A DNA stretch of 64,000 bases from Tubiluchus corallicola (taxonomy: Eukaryota > Animalia > Priapulida): contig JAQGDQ010000919.1 in the NCBI GenBank assembly GCA_030141605.1, forward strand, positions 1 to 64,000. Reading direction: 5' to 3'. Under the pieces are notes generated by a model. That model ran no database searches. It saw only the letters and a list, made by a program, of their open reading frames with translations, and had not been told where the DNA came from. The translations under genes and the position numbers were made by a program. Shown here piece after piece: positions 51,856 to 64,000 of this stretch; within the stretch, counting starts at the first letter, position 1; every line of letters begins with the position of its first letter.

Positions 51856-53646
51856 TTGAGAGAATACTTTTTTAAATCAAGCACACTGAGCACTACAGAA
51901 CATTGTGTTGAATGTAGGATCGTCAAGAACTCAAATCATGAGTCAAGAGCCAGCTGGAGGGGGGGGTCGGGGAGACGTTTTATGAGGCCTCTTTCAGAAA
52001 CAAAAATCAAGATAAGTGAAACCACGAAGTTGTACAAATTTCTTGATTTTAGACTCTAAAAAACTGTAAAAGCCTAAAACTTGCAAAAGTGGGAGCAATG
52101 TACACCAATTTTTGGACCTTCCGGGTCGCAATGCATTTCTTACGTTTTTGAGATTTCTGGAGATTATGTCCTGTGAATTAAAGCTAAACCGGAAGCACTT
52201 CCCACTGCGCCAAAAGTTGGCGGAAAATGTAAATGGGGTTAGATGATGAAGCCTTTTAACGATTTAAATTAATTTAGCAAAATTACTATTTTACTTAAGA
52301 GAGATTTTGGTGTTCTTAGCTTAGTTCTTAACGTTTAAATGGCACGCAAGATGTATTTCCGTTTTTTCCACATAAACTTGAATGCAATGGTCGAAATTAG
52401 GAGATTCAGAATTTTTCAAAAATCCGGCCCGAAGTACGGATGTATGACTGAATTTCAAGCTTCCGGGCCATATCAGGAGTGATGACAACCCTAGTTGTGT
52501 GAGTCTCCAATTTTGTTTTTTGCTAATTAACATTTAGCTTTAACAGACGCATATAATTAAATAAATTATCGTGACAACAATGCAGAACATCAGTTCAGTC
52601 TCTGTAGTCTGTGTGTGCTTAATCACGCGGCCTATTGATTACTGGTTCATTGCACGTGAACTAGGAACTGTAATCAGAAATTCCGTATCACATAAAACGT
52701 TTAGGATTCATCGTATTAGCTCAGGTTGATAAATCCTACCGCAATGATAATGAGACTAAAGGTCTGAGTCATAAGTGCATGTTATGTAATTTATTGATGC
52801 AACTCCCACGTGCTGTGCTTTCATTCATATCTTGAGTGTAATTACTAACCACGAGGGGGATTAAATTGTGCAAATTCACACAGTAGCGAACAGCAATTGT
52901 GTGCATTGTCGCCTGTGTTTCTACCAGCATTGTACAGTATACATGTTGGTACACGTGTATATGGAATTTTATACATTGTTACAGCATTGTGTGCAAAGCC
53001 TGCATTGTCTGTAGTCAAGTTGAACATTGTTACTATATTCATTTGTTACACAGTAGTCTATTGGATACAATATAATTGTATTTTACTCCGCTATATACAT
53101 ATATATCATCAGTATATGATGGCGTCACAAATGGTATAACTCTAACAAGAGAAAATAGAGTTGTCGTTGTTAGATATTCTAGCTGTTGTAATAACCCTTC
53201 TCACAATTGTACTTTGAGCTATTAACCGTGAGTTTACTAAAACGGCGCCTACTGTATGTGAATATGATTTAAAATCAGTTATTTCACTTTATGCTGAATT
53301 TGGGATAAGCTGGACTGCCTTGACCACTGTTGAATGCGGTGGTGTAAGCGGAAGGTCCCTGGTTCAATTCCGAATTTTTCACATTTGCACTCTTTTCAAG
53401 TTTGGTATCAAAATGTGATTAATTGTGGGTCGGAAACAGTTTTTAAACGCGGTTTCCTCCGAATTTTCTCCCATCTTGCATCGCACAAGCTGTTGTTTTC
53501 GTTGTCTACTTTCATTGATGACTAGAGACTAGACTGTCTGCGGCTCTGAAGCCAGACTATTAGCTTAATAGCATGCAAGTGTGCTTACTGTAGCAGTTAA
53601 ACACGCATGAATTTGCCAAATGAGTTCATTGACTTAACTGATTTAA

Positions 53647-54328
53647 AGCACACGAAAACCCTTCATAAACATAAAGCTTGAAAAATTCGTTTTGAAATTT
53701 TACATCGCTTACATACTGCCTTTTTGCACACAGGACTTCAGTCGGCAGTCACGCTGTATAAAACTTGTAAATTTAAACTCCCGCGGTGACCGTTAGACGC
53801 AGCCATTTTAACGACAGGTCATTTCAAACAAGTTTAGATAACATTTTGTAAAGTTTGAAAAAATAACCAGAGCATTCGTAGAGCACAAGTCACTAACTAA
53901 GTAAAATTTAAAATTACTGTATCTTGCGAATAAGGTTAAAATACGTTTTTTGTCACTGAGTAGTGCACCATGGAGGGTGAGTCAACGACATTTTACCACT
54001 TGGTGATAACATTTTAAATTATTAATAATTTTCTTTTCTAGTTACATAAGTCTTTCCAGCAGGTAACCGAAAATTTAAGTGATATAGTTTTACACGGAAA
54101 GTCTTTTGAGACATAATTTAACATTGCTTTTTCTTCCCTTGATTTACGTTTGGTGCATGACGTCATGTAATGGCGCCGTCGGAACAGTATTGCGGGAGTT
54201 TTGAAATGAAAACAAACAAAAATTCCTTTCAGTGCGAGTACGATATACGCATAAAATTGCTATAAAGTAATAGAATTTTTTAAGACGATTTTTCTGAAAC
54301 TTACTTCAGGCACCCCATTTGTTGTCCT
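53647..54328. mobile_element. Kolobok-like family K1
   Basis: TTAA|AGCACACGAAAA...TTGTCCT|TTAA; collinear with the 11496 copy. Confidence 0.8.
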
Positions 54329-55281
54329 TTAACTGTGATTCTAGGAAGAATGGCTGTATCATATGTTGAAGTCGGTACAGTGTGTGTTCACAGTGTTTTC
54401 TGTTCGGATCTTGGACAATTTCGATGTATTTTTGCGTTTAGCAGCTGTGCCTTTTTTTGTAAAGTATATCACAAAGACACCCTCTGCAAAACCCTCTTGT
54501 AATTCTCTTTTAGATCTTACACGCATGTATAGATTAAATATTAAAAATACATATACGTGTCAATTCTTACCTGCTCGATAATTCGGTTAACGGTAAACCG
54601 TAGTTTGTGTTGATTTTACTCGTAAATTCTGCTTTGAGAGACTGGGGTAGATTTCACTCAATACGAAGCAAGTGAAATGTTCAGTCATTCCTAGTACACC
54701 CCATAATTATTGTTATATGATACACTGTAACGTCACACCGCTATAAATACGCTTACCGCACGCTGGTCTATTGCGGGAAATAGTATTCAAAACAAACATG
54801 TGGTGGGTGTTCAACGAGGTTTACCTATCCCCTTTGGGGGAAGTTCCTGTTTGCTGTAAACTACTTGTGTTACACCGCTTACGTGTTTATTTGGTCTGTT
54901 CTAGATTAGGCTAGTGGATTAAAATGTAAAAGCTTTAGATTGGAAGCATGTTTTTGGCAAGAGAATGAATGTTTGACGTTTATTGCTCTATTACATGCAT
55001 GCATCTGACAATACGACTGTGAAAAGTTCCATACTGTGTTTTCTTAGTGAGTAAAAAACAACAAAATGATTGAGTGAATTAAAAGGAGTTGCAGAGAGGC
55101 AACTTTCTGTAGTTCGTGCTTGAAAAAGCAGATTATTTTCTTATATGTTAGATGAGACACAAGGTGATAGACAACTAGACAGACAGACGAATAAACCAAC
55201 ATTCATTGTATATTGTACAATACTATAACTTTCAACTAAACCTATATGCTACCACCTCCCACCCAAAATTTTGAGTTCTTG

Positions 55282-58033
55282 CATCTGCGTACTAAGTACC
55301 TTGAACTAAGGAGGAGCACATTCTAGTTCGACCATGTTTCTTTGCTTTGTTAACTTCCATAAAGTTCTGTCATTCCAACGTTGATGCGTACTTTCAAAGG
55401 GCTGGCCATCTGCGTACTAAGTACCTTGAACTAAGGAGGAGCATATTCTAGTTCGACCATGTTTCTTTGCTTTGTTAACTTCCATAAAGTTCTGTCATTC
55501 CAACGTTGATGCGTACTTTCAAAGGGCTGGCCATCTGCGTACTAAGTACCTTGAACTAAGGAGGAGCACATTCTAGTTCGACCATGTTTCTTTGCTTTGT
55601 TAACTTCCATAAAGTTCTGTCATTCAAACGTTGATGCGTACTTTTAAAGGGCTGGCCATCTGCGTACTAAGTACCTTGAACTAAGGAGGAGCACATTCTA
55701 GTTCGACCATGTTTCTTTGCTTTGTCAACTTCCATAAAGTTCTGTCATTCCAACGTTGATGCGTACTTTCAAAGGGCTGGCCATCTGCGTACTAAGTACC
55801 TTGAACTAAGGAGGAGCACATTCTAGTTCGACCATGTTTCTTTGCTTTGTTAACTACCATAAAGTTCTGTCATTCCAACGTTGATGCGTACTTTCAAAGG
55901 GCTGGCCATCTGCGTACTAAGTACCTTGAACTAAGGAGGAGCATATTCTAGTTCGACCATGTTTCTTTGCTTTATTAACTTCCATAAAGTTCTGTCATTC
56001 CAACGTTGATGCGTACTTTTAAAGGGCTGGCCATCTGCGTACTAAGTACCTTGAACTAAGGAGGAGCATATTCTAGTTCGACCATGTTTCTTTGCTTTAT
56101 TAACTTCCATAAAGTTCTGTCATTCCAACGTTGATGCGTACTTTTAAAGGGCTGGCCATCTGCGTACTAAGTACCTTGAACTAAGGAGGAGCATATTCTA
56201 GTTCGACCATGTTTCTTTGCTTTGTTAACTTCCATAAAGTTCTGTCATTCCAACGTTGATGCGTACTTTCAATGGGCTGGCCATCTGCGTACTAAGTACC
56301 TTGAACTAAGGAGGAGCACATTCTAGTTCGACCATGTTTCTTTGCTTTATTAACTTCCATAAAGTTCTGTCATTCCAACGTTGATGCGTACTTTTAAAGG
56401 GCTGGCCATCTGCGTACTAAGTACCTTGAACTAAGGAGGAGCATATTCTAGTTCGACCATGTTTCTTTGCTTTATTAACTTCCATAAAGTTCTGTCATTC
56501 CAACGTTGATGCGTACTTTTAAAGGGCTGGCCATCTGCGCACTAAGTACCTTGAACTAAGGAGGAGCATATTCTAGTTCGACCATGTTTCTTTGCTTTGT
56601 TAACTTCCATAAAGTTCTGTCATTCCAACGTTGATGCGTACTTTCAATGGGCTGGCCATCTGCGTACTAAGTACCTTGAACTAAGGAGGAGCACATTCTA
56701 GTTCGACCATGTTTCTTTGCTTTATTAACTTCCATAAAGTTCTGTCATTCCAACGTTGATGCGTACTTTTAAAGGGCTGGCCATCTGCGTACTAAGTACC
56801 TTGAACTAAGGAGGAGCATATTCTAGTTCGACCATGTTTCTTTGCTTTATTAACTTCCATAAAGTTCTGTCATTCAAACGTTGATGCGTACTTTTAAAGG
56901 GCTGGCCATCTGCGTACTAAGTACCTTGAACTAAGGAGGAGCACATTCTAGTTCGACCATGTTTCTTTGCTTTGTCAACTTCCATAAAGTTCTGTCATTC
57001 CAACGTTGATGCGTACTTTCAAAGGGCTGGCCATCTGCGTACTAAGTACCTTGAACTAAGGAGGAGCACATTCTAGTTCGACCATGTTTCTTTGCTTTGT
57101 TAACTACCATAAAGTTCTGTCATTCCAACGTTGATGCGTACTTTCAAAGGGCTGGCCATCTGCGTACTAAGTACCTTGAACTAAGGAGGAGCATATTCTA
57201 GTTCGACCATGTTTCTTTGCTTTATTAACTTCCATAAAGTTCTGTCATTCCAACGTTGATGCGTACTTTTAAAGGGCTGGCCATCTGCGTACTAAGTACC
57301 TTGAACTAAGGAGGAGCATATTCTAGTTCGACCATGTTTCTTTGCTTTATTAACTTCCATAAAGTTCTGTCATTCCAACGTTGATGCGTACTTTTAAAGG
57401 GCTGGCCATCTGCGCACTAAGTACCTTGAACTAAGGAGGAGCATATTCTAGTTCGACCATGTTTCTTTGCTTTGTTAACTTCCATAAAGTTCTGTCATTC
57501 CAACGTTGATGCGTACTTTCAATGGGCTGGCCATCTGCGTACTAAGTACCTTGAACTAAGGAGGTGCATATTCTAGTTCGACCATGTTTCTTTGCTTTGT
57601 TAACTTCCATAAAGTTCTGTCATTCCAACGTTGATGCGTACTTTCAATGGGCTAGCCATCTGCGTACTAAGTACCTTGAACTAAGGAGGAGCATATTCTA
57701 GTTCGACCATGTTTCTTTGCTTTGTTAACTTCCATAAAGTTCTGTCATTCCAACGTTGATGCGTACTTTCAATGGGCTGGCTATCTGCGTACTAAGTACC
57801 TTGAACTAAGGAGGAGCATATTCTAGTTCGACCATGTTTCTTTGCTTTGTTAACTTCCATAAAGTTCTGTCATTCCAACGTTGATGCGTACTTTCAAAGG
57901 GCTGGCCATCTGCGTACTAAGTACCTTGAACTAAGGAGGAGCACATTCTAGTTCGACCATGTTTCTTTGCTTTGTTAACTTCCATAAAGTTCTGTCATTC
58001 CAACGTTGATGCGTACTTTCAAAGGGCTGGCCA
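55282..58033. repeat. 125-bp tandem array, about 22 highly similar copies
   Basis: CATCTGCGTACTAAGTACCTTGAAC... recurs every 125 bp (55282, 55407 and onward). Confidence 0.98.
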
Positions 58034-58185
58034 CTATCTGGTAACCTTAAAGTGGAAAATGCCCAATACTGGGGACTGCATTTCTGGAAATCAAGACACT
58101 ACTCTATTGACAACCGGCTTGACAAAGTTTATCCAAAGACAACTGAAAGCCATCTCTAAATGGTTGGAATAGTGAAAACACGCTA
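58034..58185 (+). mobile_element. Decayed LINE reverse-transcriptase fragment
   Basis: QDTTLLTTG...IQRQLKAISKWLE resembles DDT...LQ..L..I..W of non-LTR RT. Confidence 0.45.
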
Positions 58186-58659
58186 GCTTTCTGCCCACGC
58201 TCGCTTTCAGGGTCACTTACTTTTCGCCATATAATGAGCTTCACTTTCATTCGTATCTTCTCTTCATTGTTCTTTTTTCATAATGTGCTGCTGCCGACAT
58301 TGCGTTGACGTATTTGATTATCGCCACTACAATATGAGCTCCGTTCTTATCTGTTTTCTTAGAAAGGTCGACTACTCAGAAGCCATCAGCATTGAATCAT
58401 TGAACAGTGTAGATCTACACAACAGCAATATTGCCAACATACATTTTTTGTGCGCTGGGAGATGTGGGGGCTGGAGCATATAATGGCTTCTGTAGCGTGA
58501 TTACTTCACATTGGGAATTTCCCATTTTCAAGTGCATGGCTTCACTGTCCTCGGTAGTGCGCAGTTTTACTGCGCATGTGTATTATTTGCTTTCTATAGT
58601 TGATGGCAATTGTGCTTGAAATGCATCAGCGGAGGACGTTGCAATTAATGAATGTCGTT

Positions 58660-58800
58660 CCTCATTAATGCATTTTGAGATTGTTACATTTGCATCACCA
58701 GCAAAAAGCTTGATAACCCACCCAATTCATTGGCTTAAAGAAAATTGTACTTGTGACACACCACACTCCACGGGTTTCATAGATTCTAGGTTCGGCTAAT
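58660..58800 (-). mobile_element. Decayed LINE RT fragment
   Basis: The minus strand gives CGVSQ and IKLFAGDA, compare GVPQG and KLFADD. Confidence 0.45.
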
Positions 58801-60111
58801 GCTTCTTTTTGGTTACTTGCTTGAGAAGTCACTCTATAAAGTGGTCAATTTCGCCGTGATGTCGGTCTCGTTTTCGTTACTCATGTAATATACTTTAGCC
58901 ATGTGTGTATTGTGACGTCACACAATAGACTTACCTCCCGTATTCTATTTTTTTACGGAAGATAATTGAATCCATAGCAACAATAAATCACGTCCTAAAT
59001 GACATTCACAAAAGAACAGATTCTATGCCAACAGTAAGTGACGCTTTAAATTTGAAAGGCTCAGTAAGAAAGTAGCCCTTGTTTAGCATTTCGGACCGCA
59101 GAAGTTGAGAATTCAAGCAGTATTTATTAATCTTTTAGGTTAGGAAGAGGCTTGAGGTTAGTGGGTCAGTGGCGCGTAGGATATATTTTAATCTGTAGTT
59201 TACTACTTGCATGCTTTGCCAGAATTGCTGGATTAAGTCCTAGAGCCAGTCCCCAAGGAATCTTTGATAAGTAAACACAAGTAAACAATCCAGACATTCC
59301 ACGTCTATATGCCAGACATGAGAAGGAATGCAGTCAAGGTTTAGGTAAAGCAGGCATGAACAATATATAGTTTTGTGTACATAAAGGTGGTACCATTTTT
59401 GCAGGTTTTAACCACTTAGGGTTAAGCCACGGTTTATCATGCTATATCTGTTATAATGTAAACATCGTAGGCTAAGTTGTAAGTGTGGCTTCCCAGAGTG
59501 GAGGCTTGTTCGCCAATGGTAGTGGTTTCGGAAGCCAAACTCTCTCGATATTTTCGCTTGATGTTAAACAGCTTACCATCTTATGTACGCTGACGACACG
59601 CGCTCGCTACTTTAGCGTGTAGTTAATGCGTGGGAAAGTACTGACTGGTGCATCAGAACTTTAACCGGTTGTTATCTAAAGTTAATCATCTACACGGTCT
59701 ACAATTAGCTTAAGTAGTTAACGATACAATTAACGAATTCGCGATTAAAAAGTATCAACTGTCTTCATTTGGACGTCTACTAGTGGATAGTGCAAGCGTG
59801 CAACTTTGATAGTATCTACTACTTTAACTCTGTTTTTCGTGTGTTCTGGATGTATGTAGACTTTTCTGAGCACAGGCGGACAAACGGACGGACGGAGAGA
59901 CAGCAAACGCGCGATCAAGCAGACAGACAAACAAGCACCTCAAATGCCTGAAGGTATAATTGTTGAAAACATTGATTTGATTGGATGACCTAAACCATTA
60001 CATGCGGTTTTTAAAAGTGCCAATGCTCCAAATTTTACTCTGCCTATGTCGGCACTGCCACATAAGATCATTTAATTTTTCTGTATATATCTTATATATA
60101 CCTTATATAAT

Positions 60112-60151
<40 letters not shown>

Positions 60152-60426
60152 CTTTATTTGCCATTGAAAAATCGATATTCATAACTATAAAAGCATAAAA
60201 GAACATCGCAGCATGAGAATAAAATTCACACAATTGTTAAAGGCAAATGTGTCCAGTGCAAACTAAAAACTACTATGCCAAACATTTAAAACAAAATATA
60301 TATTACAATGTTACACGCAAATTATAACATATACTATATTACAATATACACATACAATTTAAAATGGGTGTGGGCAAATAAAATTTGCGGATGAATATAT
60401 ATTGTATGTAATGTAATATACCTACA

Positions 60427-60463
<37 letters not shown>

Positions 60464-60777
60464 TACATACAGCAAAATAAGGATAAAACTGAGCATGAAT
60501 TGAGTGGTTAACGTTTACTTGATACAAATACTCTTCAAAGCTCTTCTGGGATTCGAACAACCTGCCTCGGTGATTTTAATATCTTGTATATCGTGACTAC
60601 ATCTAATCATCATGAGCAATTGTTATAACCTAAGCTCAGGTGTAGGAACGCGACATCTTATTATACCGCCTAATTGCTGCCATGTCTTTAACTACCTGCA
60701 TGGTGGGAAACATTACAATTTCTTGAATACCTCAGTGGGTTAATAAAAGCTTTGCTGTGTGCACTCGACGTTGTTAA

Positions 60778-61443
60778 AGCACAAGAAACCCTCAACTTAC
60801 ACAAAGCTTAAAAATTCGTATCGGAATTTTATACCACGTACATACTGTCTTTTTGCATATTAGACTTGCGTCGGCATTAATGCTGTATAAAACTTGTAAA
60901 TTTAAACAGCGATGACCGTTAGACGCAGCCATTTTGACGATAAGTCATTTGAAACAAGTTTAGATAACATTGAGTAAAGTTTGAAAAAAAATCAGAGCAT
61001 TCGCTGCGCACACGTCACTAAACAAGTAAAATTTAAAATTACTGTATCTTGTCAATAAGATTTAAAATACGTTTTTTTGTTAGTGAGTGGTGCGCCCTGG
61101 AGGGTGAGCCAGCGACATTTTACCAATTGGCACAAACATTTTAAATTTTTATTTCTAGTTACATAAGTCTTTCCAGCAGGTAAGTGAAATGCTAAGTAAT
61201 ATAGATTTACAATGAAACTTTTTTGGGACATAATTTAACATTTCCTTTTCTTCCCTAAATTACCTTTGCGTAGTGACGTCATGTAATGGCGCCGTCGGAA
61301 CGTTGTCGCGGGAAGTTTTACATGAAAACAAACAAAAAATCCTTTCAACACGAGTGCCATAACCGCATAAAATTACTATAAAGTAGTATAATTTTTAAGG
61401 CGATTTTTCTGAAACCTACTTCAGGTACCCCTTTTCTTGTCCT
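60778..61443. mobile_element. Kolobok-like family K1
   Basis: TTAA|AGCACAAGAAA...TTTTCTTGTCCT|TTAA. Confidence 0.8.
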
Positions 61444-61447
61444 TTAA

Positions 61448-61575
61448 GGCGTTAAGGGAAACCACGTACATTGTTAAAGTGAAATGCGCGTCGTTAAGTG
61501 AAAAAAGGTGTCAAATGATCGGCGACGTTAAACGAAACGTTGTTAAACAGGGAGTCGTTAAGCGAGGACTTACTG
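61448..61575. mobile_element. pogo/Tigger-like MITE terminus
   Basis: Ends CGTTAAGCGAGGACTTACTG|TA with repeated CGTTAA subterminal motifs. Confidence 0.55.
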
Positions 61576-62330
61576 TAATTGCTTTAAAGAGACAGTGAAT
61601 GTATTCAAGGAAGACCAGACAATTGTTAATTTACTGTCCAAGATATACATTTTCTTGCCTATAAAAGTTAACAATTGTTTCTTATATTTCAATAATTAGC
61701 TTAGAAAGTTCATTAACGGCAACCGAACACAGCCATTGCTTACGTCAGAAACTAACCAATTTTATTTACTTATTTACACTTTTATAAAAAGCACAGTCAC
61801 CCAGTATAGTTTATTTGTTTATTCTACACTCATCACTTAAATTTAGAAAAATATAACAAAGAAATTTGCAAATAATTGCCTATAAAGCATAAATTTAAAA
61901 TATGCTACTTTTGAGTAGAAATTCTCAGGCGTGGTGGTTGAAACATGACATGAAACATTCACTTGAAACATGACATGAAACATTCACTTGAAACATGACA
62001 TGAAACATTCACTTGAAACATGACGTAAGTTGGGAGACTTCGTGACTTTTCATAAGCGATATCGTGCTTTTCCGTAAGCGAGCACTGCATAAACTAATTC
62101 AATTAGCTGTATCTATTTTTTTGCAAAAACTTATGTTTTTATTGAACGTCAGTGCGCAAATTTCGTTCACGACGAATGACGTCATTGGATGAAGAATAGA
62201 CATTCAAAATGGGAGCGCCCAAGCATGAAGTGATCGTGACTTTAAAGTGATTTTACTAATTACACGAGGCGCTTATTGCAGTTTCATTACCAAATCCTTC
62301 TAACATTTTTCGCGAACATTGAAATAATCC

Positions 62331-62508
62331 TAACCTCCTAGAAGGCTTAACCTTTGCTTTAACAAATGTCTAGTCCTTCCTGCTTGGCCTAATGTCATTG
62401 TTTTATTAGCATTGATTTCCACCTCCTAGAAGGCTTGACCTTTGCTTTAACAAATGTCTAGTCCTTCCTGCTTGGCCTAATGTCATTGTTTTATTAGCAT
62501 TGATTTCC
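62331..62508. repeat. Two-copy tandem duplication of about 88 bp
   Basis: CCTCCTAGAAGGCTT...AGCATTGATTTCC occurs twice and overlaps the end of a K2-like element. Confidence 0.9.
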
Positions 62509-64000
62509 TCCTCTGCTTAAACTTCATTCACCTTCACATTACCTTCTCCCAGCGGACACAATGCTCCTAGACGATGCCGCTCTACCTCACAATTTTTAAT
62601 GTAGGAGGATTAACCCGTGGCTGCTCTTATTGTAATTGATGGCGGACGTCAATAGCTAAGTGGCATATAATTCAATATATCCGTGCAAGGAACAAGACAT
62701 GTAAACAGATCAATGAGCTCAACATGTGGGTGATGTAGTTGTTTGTTTGTGTTTTGCGTGGATAAGACGAGGACTTGTTTGTGTAAATTCGAAAATAGCA
62801 AGCCTTAAAGGAGAAATATTAGACATGTGTGGGCTATTATGGTGACAAACAGACAAAGTCATCAAGTAATTGCTTAGTATATTTTGTTGTTGGCGCACGT
62901 GCTCTTTCGTCATTTCACTTCATATTTGAAATACATTTATTTTGCTGTTGGTGCACGTGCTCTTTCGTCATTTCACTTCATATTTGAAATGCATTGAGAC
63001 GTCATTTCCCAAATTGTACATTTTATCTGGAACGAATTATAATAATCTCTTGAAATAAACTTCATTCATTTCTTATCAAAAAAATCGAAATAAAATAAAT
63101 AGAATAGAAAAGCCTACATATGGCCTGAAGTTAGAGCTAAGATGTAAACGTGTTGGTTTAAATTTTGGATAGCAATATTTGCGAGTGTTTTAGCTTGGAG
63201 ATATGAAACCCTCATAGTATGTACAACGGCTGCTGACTTGTGCTTACTGTACATTATGCAGGATAATGTTCCAGTTGCTGTTCACACGTAAAGCACCAGA
63301 GCTGGAGAGAGAGAGAGCAGAGAGTCGTAAACTTCACTAAAACCTCTATTCTTTTACGACTCGACAGATTTTCTAGATGATCTCTCTCGGGTGCAACTAT
63401 CTCTGCCCGTTTTCTTCAGTGTTCTCACATAACCAGCTTAACATAATAAACTGAGGGCAGCAAAATAAGCAGCGATCACGGTCCACTGAAATCGCGCGTG
63501 TGCGGCGGTGTTTTGAAGTCTTGTTTGCTTCTGCACAATTACAACTATGTCCTGTCTTCATTAGCAAGCTTGGCATCGCTTTACGGAAATGTGCAGCGAG
63601 TTAGCGAGCGCTTGTATACATTGTAAACTGGTTTCACGTGGTCTAGTTTTCGTGGCTCCCAGGTGACGCTGCTGTCGCATTTACCCTGAATCTTGCTAGC
63701 GCGAATTCGATATACGAAGCCCTGTCGTCTTATAAACCGTTTTTTTGTTTGGGCTGCTTATTTGTGGAATTGTTATCTGTCAGAAAAATTATTTCATTTT
63801 TAACTACGTTCTCACTTCTTCAAGAAGAACATTAAAGGAAAACCCAGCTTTCTGGGAAATTGGGGTTTACTTCAATGTCCGCAAAAAATGTTAGAAGGCT
63901 TTAGCAATAAAAGTGTGATAAGCACCTCGTGGGCAGTTAGTAAAATCACTTTGAAGTCGCAATCATTTTGCTCTTGGGAGTTCCCACTTTGAATGCCCAT

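Noticed and set aside
47408-58033. Long regular arrays (also 14218, 19273, 33005 and 40660) as CRISPR-like loci
   Set aside because: Units are head-to-tail with no unique spacers, there are no cas genes, and the context is spliced eukaryotic genes.
44003-64000. Further SH2B exons
   Set aside because: No segment encoding the rest of the PH or SH2 domain was recognised; a small exon could have been missed by eye.

Overview
AT-rich, intron- and repeat-rich eukaryotic DNA, most likely from an invertebrate animal; the taxon cannot be fixed from the sequence alone. It is not prokaryotic and has no CRISPR array. Three spliced + strand genes were rebuilt by hand from GT-AG sites and exon phases: (1) the 3' 13 coding exons of TMEM245 (1651-30396, 5' part outside the window); (2) a complete 4-coding-exon PHF5A (35635-39825, 110 aa); (3) the first large coding exon of an SH2B/Lnk adaptor (43334-44002), after which no further exon was found in the remaining 20 kb. 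Introns and intergenic DNA hold many non-autonomous DNA transposons (hAT-like with 8-bp TSD, a CAGGG family with 6-bp TSD, piggyBac-like, Kolobok-like TTAA elements, Helitron-like), LINE relics (RTE, CR1-group), tRNA-derived SINEs, microsatellites and eight local tandem arrays (23-125 bp units). No convincing new biological system was found. The best leads are homogeneous arrays that appear to be amplified from decayed LINE coding sequence (one relic possibly OTU+APE), motif-rich minisatellites (CCAAT, E-box), a 6-bp-TSD MITE family bracketing exons, and a possible alternative TMEM245 C-terminus. Family assignments rest on recalled motifs, not on database searches.
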